64,000 nucleotides of DNA, from the IMG/VR virus record IMGVR_UViG_3300032050_007618; one strand, written 5' to 3'. Shown here in pieces: positions 20,886-30,878 of the stretch; position 1 is the first letter of the stretch; every line of letters begins with the position of its first letter. Below the pieces are notes generated by a model, which was given only the letters and a program-made list of their open reading frames with translations, ran no database searches and was not told the origin of the DNA. Source of the stretch: an uncultured virus (IMG/VR IMGVR_UViG_3300032050_007618) (taxonomy: Duplodnaviria; Heunggongvirae; Uroviricota; Caudoviricetes). Position numbers and translations under genes: made by a program.

Positions 20886-21764
20886 ATGAGTGACGAAACC
20901 ATTTCTATTACTAGACCCTCAACAATTGTGGGTGGACCTCCAATTCAAAAACCACAAACCATGTCAGTTCCATTTAATCAAACTGACGCGTCACAAAAGG
21001 TGGTAAGCAAGTTTCCTACTGAAACTATAGAGTTGCCCAGTCAGGGTCATTTCTATCCAGAAGGACATCCTCTTTCTAATGGACAATTGGAATTGAAGAT
21101 GATGACTGCAAAGGAGGAAGATATCCTTACAAATCAAAACCTTATTCGTAAAGGAATTGTTTTGGACAAACTTCTTGAGTCACTTATTGTAACCCCGGTT
21201 AAAATTGATGATGTTCTTATTGGTGATAAGAACGCTGCTTTCTTTGCCGCAAGACGACTCGCATATGGTGATGTTTATGGTCCAGTTAAGATTACTTGTC
21301 CAAAGTGTCAGACTGAGTGTGAAAGAAAGATTGATCTTAGTTTGATGAAGTCAAAAGAATTGGATTTATCTTTGTATCCAAAGGGTCATAATGAGTTTGA
21401 ATTTCTTCTTCCGTATACCAAGAAACTTATCAAGTACAAGTTGTTGACACACCGTGATGAAATGGCAATCGATGCCGAAATAAAAGCACTTGCAAAACTT
21501 AACAAAAATGCAAGTAGCGATGTTACCACACGGTTGCGTACCATGATTATATCAATCGACGGTAATTCTGATAGAACTGCAATCCAACGTTTTGTCACTC
21601 AAGAAATGCCATCCAGAGATAGTTTGTCATTCAGACAACATGTACGTGAACAAACGCCTGATTTAGATATGACATTCGACTTTGGATGTGATGAATGTTC
21701 GCACGAAGAGAGGGTGTCTGTGCCGATGACGGCACAGTTCTTTTGGCCTGACACCGGAAGATAA
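20886..21764 (+). CDS. Baseplate hub / tail assembly chaperone (T4 gp26-like)
   Basis: IELPSQG.FY, MTAKEEDIL, CPKC and C..C zinc ribbons, and an FFWP end; lies before the tape measure gene. Confidence 0.8.
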   Translation: MSDETISITRPSTIVGGPPIQKPQTMSVPFNQTDASQKVVSKFPTETIELPSQGHFYPEGHPLSNGQLELKMMTAKEEDILTNQNLIRKGIVLDKLLESLIVTPVKIDDVLIGDKNAAFFAARRLAYGDVYGPVKITCPKCQTECERKIDLSLMKSKELDLSLYPKGHNEFEFLLPYTKKLIKYKLLTHRDEMAIDAEIKALAKLNKNASSDVTTRLRTMIISIDGNSDRTAIQRFVTQEMPSRDSLSFRQHVREQTPDLDMTFDFGCDECSHEERVSVPMTAQFFWPDTGR

Positions 21765-21942
21765 GATTTCATTACATTCCCAAATCTTCGATTTGGCATA
21801 TTACTCCGAGGGAGCGTTCAACCACGAAATAGTGTACAATCTACCTGTACACTTACGCATATTTTATCTACGTAAACTGGCCGAAGTTCGTAAAAAAGAG
21901 AACGAACAAATGGAAAAGGCATCAAAACCCAAAGGTAAATAA
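21742..21942 (+). CDS. Start-less +1-frame ORF, probable frameshift extension of the upstream chaperone
   Basis: FGLTPEDKISLHSQIFDLAYYSEGAFNHEIVYNLPVHLRIFYLRKLAEVRKKENEQMEKASKPKGK*. It overlaps TTC-TTT-TGG of the upstream gene and has no ATG until its last codons. Confidence 0.7.
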   Translation, partial: FGLTPEDKISLHSQIFDLAYYSEGAFNHEIVYNLPVHLRIFYLRKLAEVRKKENEQMEKASKPKGK

Positions 21943-22002
21943 CCATAGAAAATCGAACAATAACCATATAAATTTTATATTTATAAGGCACAATAGATTT
22001 TT

Positions 22003-25000
22003 ATGGCAGACGATACACTAGATCAAACTAAAAAAGCGGTAAAAGACCTTACTGATAGTCTTAAAAAGGGAGGTGCCGCTTCAAAGGAGGTAACCGATCA
22101 GATTCGTATCTTGGACCGTTCAGTTGATCACTTGGGTGAAGCTGCAAAAATGGCAGCGAAACAAGCCAGAGAATTGCACAGAGAAATAGATTTGGTTACC
22201 AATGCGTTTGCAAATCCAGCCGAGACCTTTAGTGGATTTTTACAAAAAGGAGTCAGTACAGGAGAAGATTTATTACGTACATTTAGTGCAATTGCTGGTT
22301 TGGTGTTCGATGAACCATTAAAGAAGGCAAACGCTGAACTTGATAAAGAAAAGAAAAAACTTGATGAGTTGATGAAACAACGTCACGAAGGCATCAAGAT
22401 TGGTGATGATAATGTTAAACAACTTCAAGAAAAGTTGAAGAACGAAAAAGATTTGTGCGATAGAGTTACAAAGTGTGACGAAAACAAAGTTAAGTCATTG
22501 GAAGAACAACTCAAGACTGAAGGTGACAAATTAAAAGCACTCACCGATGATGTAAAGTTAAACGACGATATCGTCAAAGAACAAGAAGAACAAGTTAAAA
22601 AGGCGGAAGCGTTAAAAAAGAAGCTGGAGAGTCAAATCGGATTTATCAAAGATATGATTGCATCATTCAGTGATGCCTTTGATCGTTTTGTTGAATTAGA
22701 TAAAGCTGCTGGTGCATTTAGACAGAAACTTGGATTGAGCAGAGAAGCTGCTCGTGGGTTGGAAAAGACGGCACTTGAGTTGAATCAACAGTTTGTCACG
22801 TTGGGTGTTAATATTGATAAGGCATATGAGTCACTTGCCGCTCTCGGTAACGTATTTGGTACATCATTGTTGATTAATAAAGAATTGGCACAAACCACAT
22901 CTTTATTGGCAGCAAACTACGGAGTTAGTGAAGCAAACGCTGCTGGGTTTTTACAAAAGATGTCATCTATCGGTGGAATGACTGATAAACAAGCATCAGC
23001 AATGGCTGGGTTTACCGCTAATTTAGCAAACGCTGCTGGTGTCAATTTAGATGAAGTGATGAGAGATGTTGCCAACGCATCTGATGATACCGTTACGTTG
23101 ATGAGAGGCAACGTCAAACAAATGACTTTAGCTGCAGTTCAAGCAAAACAACTTGGTGTAAGTTTGGATAAATCCGCAAGTTCTGCAAAAGGATTGTTGA
23201 ATTTCACTCAGAGTGTATCGGATGAAATGGAAGCAAGTGTGTTGTTGGGCAAGAATCTCAATCTTAATGCCGCACGTCAACTTGCATTCCAAGGAGATGT
23301 TGCTGGTGCTCAAAAGGAGATATTGAATCAAGTACGTTCAATGGGTGACTTCAATAAGATGAATGTCTTCCAACAAGAGGCACTTGCTAAGGCAACTGGA
23401 TATAGTGCAGTTGAGTTGACCAAGATGTTGAAGAACGAAGAAAAACTTGCACAGTTGTCTGACAAAGAAAAGGCATCATACGAAAAAGCTCTTGAAGCAA
23501 TGAAAGAGCAAAACGAGGAGACTGGCAAAGAGTTGTTGATGCGTACTCAGATGCAAAGTGCAATGGCACAATTGAGTAATACGTTTATGGCATTCAAACA
23601 GATACTTGCTGATATTTTGACTCCGGTTGTAAACGTTGCAGTCAAATTATTGATTCCTGCATTGAAAGTAGCTCTTCTTGTTTTTAATGCAATATTGGTT
23701 CCAGTTAAAATATTGGCAAATGCATTATATAAAATGTTTGAACCATTGGAACCGCTTATACAAGCATTTAGTGATGCATTAGATGGTGCAAACGGACGTA
23801 TTGAAACGATTGTACAAGGCGCAACTGACATTGGTGTATTATTGTTAAAAGTAAATTCAGCAGTGATGTTATTTGGGGCATCATTCAGAACGTTTCTAAA
23901 TCCGATTTCAATCGTATTTAAAATTGTCGGAGGATTCTTTTCTGTAATTGATGCTGGTGCGACTCGTTTACTAGGTCGAATCAGTGGAATAAGTAGTGCA
24001 TTTGGAAGTGCGTCAGGTGTAGTTGGAAAATTTGTGGCTGGATTTGGAAATATTGGTCGTATAGGTACATTATTGGGAACCGCTGGTAAAGCTATTCCAG
24101 TTGCTGGAACTGTTATCGCTGTATTACAAGGTATTTGGGGATTGTTTAGTCGTCTTCAAAAAGGAATGGGGTTCTTTGATGCTTTGGGTGAAACATTATA
24201 CGACGTATTTATTGGTCCGTTTGAATTATTAGTCGATCTGTTGGCTAAACTACCGGGAGTAGGAAAGTTCTTTGAAATGTTAAAACCGGTGTTTCCTGCT
24301 ATCAAATCAGCCTTGTCGTCTGTATTTGGTTATTTCAAAGAAGGATTTGACGCAATGAAAGAGTTATTTTCTGGCAAAGATATTTTGAAGAATTTGTTTA
24401 TTCTTGGAAAGGCGATACTCTCATATGTTTATTTCCTACCTGTATTAATATTCAAGACATTTACCGCTTTATTTCCTAATTTGTGGTCGTCTATCACTGG
24501 AATGTTTGAAGGAGGATTTTCGGGTGTTTGGGATTCAATTGTTGAAGGCGCCAAATCATTTGTATCAATGATTGGTAACGCATTATTGACCGGAATAACT
24601 TCGTTCGGACAATTGTGGTATAATTTGTTTATTCAACCGTGGGTTGATGCGTGGGATTTTGTATCCAACTTGTTTGTTGGAAAGAGCAATTCAACTTTGG
24701 GTGATGGCATCATCAAGGGTTTGGTTGGTGTTGGATCTGCAATATTGAGTATTTTCACCTCTCCTTTTGAATTTATTTTCGAAATGATAATGAAAGGATT
24801 TTCTTCAATTGGTCAGTTTATACAAAACGTATTGAGTGTACCGTTCAAGATTGTTGGAAAACTAATTGGTGTTGATACCGGGGGTATTAATGCTGGTGCT
24901 GATGCGGCCGCTGGACCACAAGAAAACGTAATTGCAGCAATAGAAAAAACCAATCAAAAACTTGATACTTTGATTAACTTGATGATGAGTGGTGGTATTG

Positions 25001-25056
25001 CAGTAAATCTTGACGGTAGAAAAGTAAGTGAACAACTTGCTCTTGCAAGTACATAA
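22003..25056 (+). CDS. Tape measure protein
   Basis: 1017 aa, helical and Ala-rich with hydrophobic F/W-periodic C-terminal repeats; lies between tube/chaperone and baseplate genes. Confidence 0.85.
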   Translation: MADDTLDQTKKAVKDLTDSLKKGGAASKEVTDQIRILDRSVDHLGEAAKMAAKQARELHREIDLVTNAFANPAETFSGFLQKGVSTGEDLLRTFSAIAGLVFDEPLKKANAELDKEKKKLDELMKQRHEGIKIGDDNVKQLQEKLKNEKDLCDRVTKCDENKVKSLEEQLKTEGDKLKALTDDVKLNDDIVKEQEEQVKKAEALKKKLESQIGFIKDMIASFSDAFDRFVELDKAAGAFRQKLGLSREAARGLEKTALELNQQFVTLGVNIDKAYESLAALGNVFGTSLLINKELAQTTSLLAANYGVSEANAAGFLQKMSSIGGMTDKQASAMAGFTANLANAAGVNLDEVMRDVANASDDTVTLMRGNVKQMTLAAVQAKQLGVSLDKSASSAKGLLNFTQSVSDEMEASVLLGKNLNLNAARQLAFQGDVAGAQKEILNQVRSMGDFNKMNVFQQEALAKATGYSAVELTKMLKNEEKLAQLSDKEKASYEKALEAMKEQNEETGKELLMRTQMQSAMAQLSNTFMAFKQILADILTPVVNVAVKLLIPALKVALLVFNAILVPVKILANALYKMFEPLEPLIQAFSDALDGANGRIETIVQGATDIGVLLLKVNSAVMLFGASFRTFLNPISIVFKIVGGFFSVIDAGATRLLGRISGISSAFGSASGVVGKFVAGFGNIGRIGTLLGTAGKAIPVAGTVIAVLQGIWGLFSRLQKGMGFFDALGETLYDVFIGPFELLVDLLAKLPGVGKFFEMLKPVFPAIKSALSSVFGYFKEGFDAMKELFSGKDILKNLFILGKAILSYVYFLPVLIFKTFTALFPNLWSSITGMFEGGFSGVWDSIVEGAKSFVSMIGNALLTGITSFGQLWYNLFIQPWVDAWDFVSNLFVGKSNSTLGDGIIKGLVGVGSAILSIFTSPFEFIFEMIMKGFSSIGQFIQNVLSVPFKIVGKLIGVDTGGINAGADAAAGPQENVIAAIEKTNQKLDTLINLMMSGGIAVNLDGRKVSEQLALAST

Positions 25057-25065
25057 TTATAAAAT

Positions 25066-27711
25066 ATGGCAGATCAAATTCAAAGAAACTCAATATCGTT
25101 TCCACTAGAAACCCGTTACAAGAACGCATCTAGTGCACCTACGCCTGGAAATGATCCAAATAATCCACGTAATATGGTACCTCCTATCAACAAGGTACCA
25201 TTGGATTATCCTACGGAACGTATTCCCGGTAAAATCGAGAAACTTTATATTGCCAACAATCAGAAGATTTTAACCAGATTTACTGGAAAAACTGATTATG
25301 CTAATGGTTTGTTACGTTTTGGTCCACGTCAACCGTTTGTTTGGTATAATCCAAATGAAGGAACCAGTGGAACAAACGCAATTAAGAAGTACGACAGTCG
25401 TGCGTTTCCAATAGGATCCACTTTACAGGACGTAATTCGTATCTCCAAATATAGCGTATCTGGCAATGGTGTCATCTTTTTGTTCAAACAGTTGTTGTTA
25501 CAGAATCTACAACCGTTTAACGAAACCAATTTGTATAATCCGTTGATGCCTATAGTCGCAACGTTGCGTCCGGGTTCATTGGGTATACTTCCTAGACCAA
25601 CCAGACATATTGATTTGTCTGGCGGTATTTTAGGCGCATTGGCAAGTGTTGTGGGGTTCGGTGTAAATAACGGCAGATCATCACCAAAAGGAACTGTAGG
25701 TGCCGGAATTCAAGATGACTCTGATAATTCACCTTTATCAAAACAAGCAATTGGTGGTGGTAAGGGTCTTTTGAGAGGTAAAACCGCTTCTGGTGGTTAT
25801 AATTCTCTTGCGTCACGTTGGGGTGGTAATGCAAAAAAGAATAGTTTCTTGAGATCCATTGCGGCATCAGTATTTCCTTCATTTATTAACAGCAAACAAC
25901 CTGAAAAAACTGGATATCGAGCAGATGAAGGTGCATATGGTTGGATGATTTCTGATAAAAAAGGAAAGTTCAATAAACATCATGTTATCACTGACGCTGA
26001 AATTACGTTGAATCAGTTGTGGATTGCTGGAAGTAGCGACGGCGGACCAAAAAACATTCGTAAAGATGGTAATGAAGCACCACAAAACAGAAGAATTGTA
26101 TTTGTTGATGGTACTGAACAGAAAATTTCTGGAACTGAAGTAACTGGACCTACAATTAATGGTGGAACAACCGGATTTAAGTTTGAAAAAGACGTAGACA
26201 ACGTGGAAAAATACGGAAAATCTGTGGGTATTGAACCATACCGTAAGGATATTTCCAACAATTTCAAGTTCTCTGTGATGTTGATGAACTATAAAAAGTA
26301 TCTCGACAAGACCAATAGATTTCCTACAAAAATGGACGGTCCTCCATTGGACTTAACTAACGCAAATGACGTTATTGTTATTAAACCACAGGAAGACTTC
26401 TTCAAAAAGTATGGATTCGACACTGTTCCAAGCGTATTTTTTATCAAATCGATAACCGATATACCAACTCGTCAAGGAAGTGGTGATGAAAAACGTTCTG
26501 CGGTTGCAGTTGAAGGAACTTACGCTAAAAAACGTAGAGATGCCAATGATAACGGTAATCTTGCCAACTTTCATAAGAACATGGAAGATGGAAAGTTCAA
26601 AGGGCTTCCGTCAGAAATTAATGACGTTGGTGATCGTATAAATTCTACTCTTCAAACCAAGAAAGAAGATCCAATTAATAAAGAACAAATCAAGGATCTC
26701 AACAGATTAGTTGAAAAAATTAAGAATACTGGATATTCAATTGCGTTTACCAACGCTGACACACGTGTATTTACTAGTCCTGACACCACATTGTTTGGCA
26801 TCGATAAACTTAAACAATCAAATATCAATGATAAAAAGTTGGTTGATAACTATAAAGACAGTACACAACTGTTGGATGGTCTAGGAAAACATGACCGTAA
26901 GAATAGTCGTAAGATGGCAACATCTAACGCTGGTGATGGTATTAACAGATTGACTATTTTGAATAAAGAAAAACAAATATCAGACGATACTGGCATTTCT
27001 GGTTGGACAACTTATGAACCATATAATGATGATTTGATCGCCTTTTACTTTTACGATATGGTTAACGAAAAGTATATACCATTCAGAGCATCTGTCACTG
27101 GTATCAATGATAGTTTCCAAGCCGACTGGGTTAACTACAAGTATATTGGACGTGCAGATAAGGTTTATACCTACGATGGTATAACACGTCAGTTGAGTTT
27201 TTCATTCAAGGTAATTGCCAATAGCATAAAAGAGTTATTGCCAATGTGGACACGTATTAATTATTTGTGCGGATTAACAATGCCTGCAAATTATACATCT
27301 GCGCCTAGTCAACAAGATGGTAGTGAAAATCAGTTTATGGTACCGGCGTTTGTTTTGTTGACATTGGGTGATATATACAAAGAACAACCTATTGTAATTA
27401 ACCGTGTTGGTCTTAGTATTCCAGATGGTGCTGCGTGGGAAACAATAAATGAAACGTCACAACAAGACTGGTCATATTTAAACAATATTATTACTTGGAC
27501 TGGCTCAAAAGGTAAATCTGCTCAATTTCCAAGAGAAGTTGAAATATCGATGGACATGACTCCATTGTTTAAAGAACGCCCTGTTACTGGCATGGCAAAC
27601 TTTGGACACGCACCAAGAGATTTGACCAATGGTGATTTTATTGGTGGAGATGGTAACTCTTTCTCAAGAGGGTTGGCGGTTCCTAGAACAATAACTAACG
27701 TAGAAGAATAA
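25066..27711 (+). CDS. Baseplate / tail-tube initiator protein
   Basis: The C-terminal FRASVTGINDSFQADW..YIGRADKVYTYDG.TRQLSFSFKV segment resembles tube-initiator folds; gene position fits. Confidence 0.6.
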   Translation: MADQIQRNSISFPLETRYKNASSAPTPGNDPNNPRNMVPPINKVPLDYPTERIPGKIEKLYIANNQKILTRFTGKTDYANGLLRFGPRQPFVWYNPNEGTSGTNAIKKYDSRAFPIGSTLQDVIRISKYSVSGNGVIFLFKQLLLQNLQPFNETNLYNPLMPIVATLRPGSLGILPRPTRHIDLSGGILGALASVVGFGVNNGRSSPKGTVGAGIQDDSDNSPLSKQAIGGGKGLLRGKTASGGYNSLASRWGGNAKKNSFLRSIAASVFPSFINSKQPEKTGYRADEGAYGWMISDKKGKFNKHHVITDAEITLNQLWIAGSSDGGPKNIRKDGNEAPQNRRIVFVDGTEQKISGTEVTGPTINGGTTGFKFEKDVDNVEKYGKSVGIEPYRKDISNNFKFSVMLMNYKKYLDKTNRFPTKMDGPPLDLTNANDVIVIKPQEDFFKKYGFDTVPSVFFIKSITDIPTRQGSGDEKRSAVAVEGTYAKKRRDANDNGNLANFHKNMEDGKFKGLPSEINDVGDRINSTLQTKKEDPINKEQIKDLNRLVEKIKNTGYSIAFTNADTRVFTSPDTTLFGIDKLKQSNINDKKLVDNYKDSTQLLDGLGKHDRKNSRKMATSNAGDGINRLTILNKEKQISDDTGISGWTTYEPYNDDLIAFYFYDMVNEKYIPFRASVTGINDSFQADWVNYKYIGRADKVYTYDGITRQLSFSFKVIANSIKELLPMWTRINYLCGLTMPANYTSAPSQQDGSENQFMVPAFVLLTLGDIYKEQPIVINRVGLSIPDGAAWETINETSQQDWSYLNNIITWTGSKGKSAQFPREVEISMDMTPLFKERPVTGMANFGHAPRDLTNGDFIGGDGNSFSRGLAVPRTITNVEE

Positions 27712-27714
27712 CGT

Positions 27715-28011
27715 ATGAGATACGACAGAAACGTAAACATAAAGAAGAGATGGGACGGTAAACGGTATTTTGGAACAAGATTGTATCCAATCATACCAGT
27801 TACTTCGTCTGATATTTATGTTGTGACCAACGAAACTGATACGTTGGATAACTTGGCGTTCAAATATTATAAGAATCCGTCGTTGTGGTGGATTATTGCA
27901 CAAGCAAATAATATTGGAAAAGGAAAGTTGTCGGTACCTGCAGGATTACAACTACGTATACCTACAAACGTGACTACAATACTAAATAATTACACCGCTC
28001 TTAATTCGTAA
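27715..28011 (+). CDS. LysM-like baseplate wedge protein (gp53/gpX-like)
   Basis: DTLDNLAFKYYKNPSLWWIIAQAN...G.QLRIP. Confidence 0.85.
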   Translation: MRYDRNVNIKKRWDGKRYFGTRLYPIIPVTSSDIYVVTNETDTLDNLAFKYYKNPSLWWIIAQANNIGKGKLSVPAGLQLRIPTNVTTILNNYTALNS

Positions 28012-28016
28012 CAGTT

Positions 28017-30470
28017 ATGTCTACCAGATTCGTAGCACCATTTGAAATTCAACCATTCCCAAAGTACATTCGTGACGAATTAGAACGTCGTGAACGTGAT
28101 GTTGGAGTCAATTTCATTTCCAATACAGTCGCTAGTTGGGATGACAATGGAAACTGGAACACATACAAAGGACCGATGCGTTGTTGGGTCCGTGTGTGTT
28201 CAAACGGTATTGGTGATGTAAAATATGGATCCAAAGAAGGATTTGTATTTGGTGGTGCAAATGGTTTTTATAAAGATTACGGATTTGAACCAAAGGACTA
28301 CAATAAAACCGAAACGGTATTGGGATTTACTCCGTCTGGAATTCCACACGTTATTGAAAATGAAAACACCACAAACGGTATCATAAACAAACACGTTCCA
28401 CCACCCGGAATAATAAGCGTTGACGCTGTGATGCAAAAGTCAATGTATCGTCAAATTACGATCAAGTGGAAGTGTTATTCAAAAGATCACTTGAACTACA
28501 TGACACCATATTTAATGTCTCCGGGTGTTTCGATGTTTATTGAGTGGGGGTGGAATCATTATAATCCACAGTCATTGTTGAATTTGACTGATATTGGTCG
28601 TCCTGCAATAATGAAAGATTCTACTTCGGATAAAACGCCTGGCCCAAGCGGTGATCCAGATGATCCTAGAAAAACAAAAGGATTTGGTCTATTGGGAATT
28701 TATACAGATCCTTTGGAACAACAACTGATTGTAGAAGATGGTAAAGGTCTATATGATTTGACTTGCGGTATCATCACCAGTTTTGATTATTCACTTCAAC
28801 CAGATGGATCTTACGATTGTACAACCGAAGTAAAGAGTAATAGTTTTATATACAGCGGTGTACAAACACGTAGCAACGCTTTGGCATCATCCTCACCTGC
28901 GGATAACAAAGGAAATAAAAAGCCAGAACCGGTGCAAGATCTAAAGGGATATATTGAGAAACAGTTTAAATCGTTGCCAAAGACAGTATTAACCGGTTTG
29001 AATGGTACTACACCATTGTTTCCATTACCGGGATGGCCGGGGCCAGAAACACGTGTGTTCATTCCACGTAATTTGGACACGTCAAACGATCCACGTACAA
29101 AGGTTGATAACGTAACCAAGTACAGTTTTGATTCGGGTGCAAACGATGAGTTCTGGATCACCATGGGACTTTTTGTTGATTTGATTAACAAATTCTGTAA
29201 GGGAGTATCTGACAATACTGGTGCTACATTTAATCAAGTTGATATTAAATCATCATGGATTGGTGGACATAAGAACATGATTAGTACTGATGGCAAAGTG
29301 TTATTGATACCAAATTCACAGGCACCAAATATTTCACCGTCTGTTCAAGATCGTGGCAATTCAAAATTTTATAATACTCCTGATACTCAAAAGAGTGGTC
29401 CAGATCCAGCTGCAGTGAGTGAGCCTGATAAAACATTAGATTCAGTATTTGGTAGCAACACTCGTCAAGATCTAAATGAGATCGTTAACTATTTTAGAAT
29501 AAACAACGGTGGACAAAATCCAGCGGACGTAGAATTTCCTTCCAAATCATACGATTATACTCTGGGTAAACTAGAAAACTTATATATTCATAAAGATTTA
29601 GTTATCAAAGCAATTGAAAAATCTGAAACGGTAACTGACATATTGAACTTTGTATTGAACAAAATTTCAGAGGCAGTAAATGGTTTTTGGAAGTTTAGTT
29701 TGATTCAATATGGTCCATCCAATTCTTTATTGTCTATTATTGATACCGAGTGTTTTAGTTTGAAACGTTTACAAGAATTGAATTCTGATAAACGTCCTTA
29801 CTTATACTTTTTCAAGAATAGAGCTAGCAGAAACAATATTCAGGCACTAAACTTTAGTGTTAAGTTGAGTGATAAGGTTGCGACTACTGTATTGTATAAT
29901 TCTCCGAAGGATAACAAAACATCTGTACCGTTGAAGAATCCATTTGGGTTCGTCACCAGAGATAGATTTTTTCAAATTACAAATGACGCTTCGTATTTGA
30001 CACCATACGATAAAGAACTTTTGACAAAACAGAATCAGAATCTTGAAGCAGAACGTAAACGTTTGGATGACAAACGTAGAGATCAAATCAAAAAGGAACG
30101 TGATGTTAAAGATGGAGCGTATATCTATGGTGTTATAACCCGTGAAAACGGTCAAGAAAAGACGTATATTCGTAAGTTGGTATTGACTGAAAAGGATTTG
30201 TTTACCCTATTAGTTAACGATAAAGATCCAGCAAATGGATCAATTAACTCCTTTCCACAACCGGGAATCAAAGCGGAAATAACGGTTACTGGCATTGGTG
30301 GAATGAAAACATTCCAAATTTTCGGAATTGACAATTTGCCAGAACCGTATGATAAAGATATATTGTTTCAGATTGAAGATGTGAAACACAGTTTACAGAG
30401 CAATGGACAGTGGACTACGACTATTACGGCTGGTATACGTCCTACAAAAGGATTGAATGTCAAGTTATGA
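28017..30470 (+). CDS. Baseplate hub protein (gp27/gpD-like)
   Basis: PPPGI.S, IEWGW, and C-terminal ITVTGIGG..FQI..V.H.....WTT; follows the LysM gene. Confidence 0.6.
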   Translation: MSTRFVAPFEIQPFPKYIRDELERRERDVGVNFISNTVASWDDNGNWNTYKGPMRCWVRVCSNGIGDVKYGSKEGFVFGGANGFYKDYGFEPKDYNKTETVLGFTPSGIPHVIENENTTNGIINKHVPPPGIISVDAVMQKSMYRQITIKWKCYSKDHLNYMTPYLMSPGVSMFIEWGWNHYNPQSLLNLTDIGRPAIMKDSTSDKTPGPSGDPDDPRKTKGFGLLGIYTDPLEQQLIVEDGKGLYDLTCGIITSFDYSLQPDGSYDCTTEVKSNSFIYSGVQTRSNALASSSPADNKGNKKPEPVQDLKGYIEKQFKSLPKTVLTGLNGTTPLFPLPGWPGPETRVFIPRNLDTSNDPRTKVDNVTKYSFDSGANDEFWITMGLFVDLINKFCKGVSDNTGATFNQVDIKSSWIGGHKNMISTDGKVLLIPNSQAPNISPSVQDRGNSKFYNTPDTQKSGPDPAAVSEPDKTLDSVFGSNTRQDLNEIVNYFRINNGGQNPADVEFPSKSYDYTLGKLENLYIHKDLVIKAIEKSETVTDILNFVLNKISEAVNGFWKFSLIQYGPSNSLLSIIDTECFSLKRLQELNSDKRPYLYFFKNRASRNNIQALNFSVKLSDKVATTVLYNSPKDNKTSVPLKNPFGFVTRDRFFQITNDASYLTPYDKELLTKQNQNLEAERKRLDDKRRDQIKKERDVKDGAYIYGVITRENGQEKTYIRKLVLTEKDLFTLLVNDKDPANGSINSFPQPGIKAEITVTGIGGMKTFQIFGIDNLPEPYDKDILFQIEDVKHSLQSNGQWTTTITAGIRPTKGLNVKL

Positions 30471-30844
30471 TTGAACTTAGTAAATACATTAATTTAGCGG
30501 GGGATATAATACCGTCTGTATTTCCACGGGCGTATTTGTTTTCATCTGCGGATATTGATTATAGCATTCAATATACTCGTCGTTATTTTGTAAAAAAGGT
30601 TAACGACAATGACATTGTGGAAGTGAAAGGTGATAACTTTAAAACTATTCCGGAAAACATCTATCAAAAGACAAGTATTACTTGGCAAGTTTCTGGAATT
30701 GAAAGAAACCTTATAAAAAATGGTAAAGTTATTCAGGAGGGTGCTTACGAGTATAACCGTAAACAGGTAGCGTTGGCTGAAAAATACATGTCGGGACTAA
30801 CGTTGAAGATCAGTGAAAATTATTTGAACGGTTTTAAAGGTTGA
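30467..30844 (+). CDS. Hypothetical baseplate-region protein
   Basis: ATG overlaps the upstream stop (ATGA); contains RYFVKKVND..I.W. Confidence 0.55.
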   Translation: MIELSKYINLAGDIIPSVFPRAYLFSSADIDYSIQYTRRYFVKKVNDNDIVEVKGDNFKTIPENIYQKTSITWQVSGIERNLIKNGKVIQEGAYEYNRKQVALAEKYMSGLTLKISENYLNGFKG

Positions 30845-30869
30845 CATTTGACCAAGTTAATGTTATCGT
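30841..30869 (+). promoter_or_regulatory. Sigma70-like promoter TTGACA-N17-TATCGT (extended TG)
   Basis: Read directly; 10 nt upstream of the polymerase start. Confidence 0.55.
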
Positions 30870-30878
30870 CACCGTTGA

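Noticed and set aside
14619..30844. Bacterial contractile injection system or tailocin instead of a phage
   Set aside because: It is contiguous with phage-type replication genes (gp32, UvsX, gp41, gp62, dNMP kinase) and there are no host housekeeping genes.
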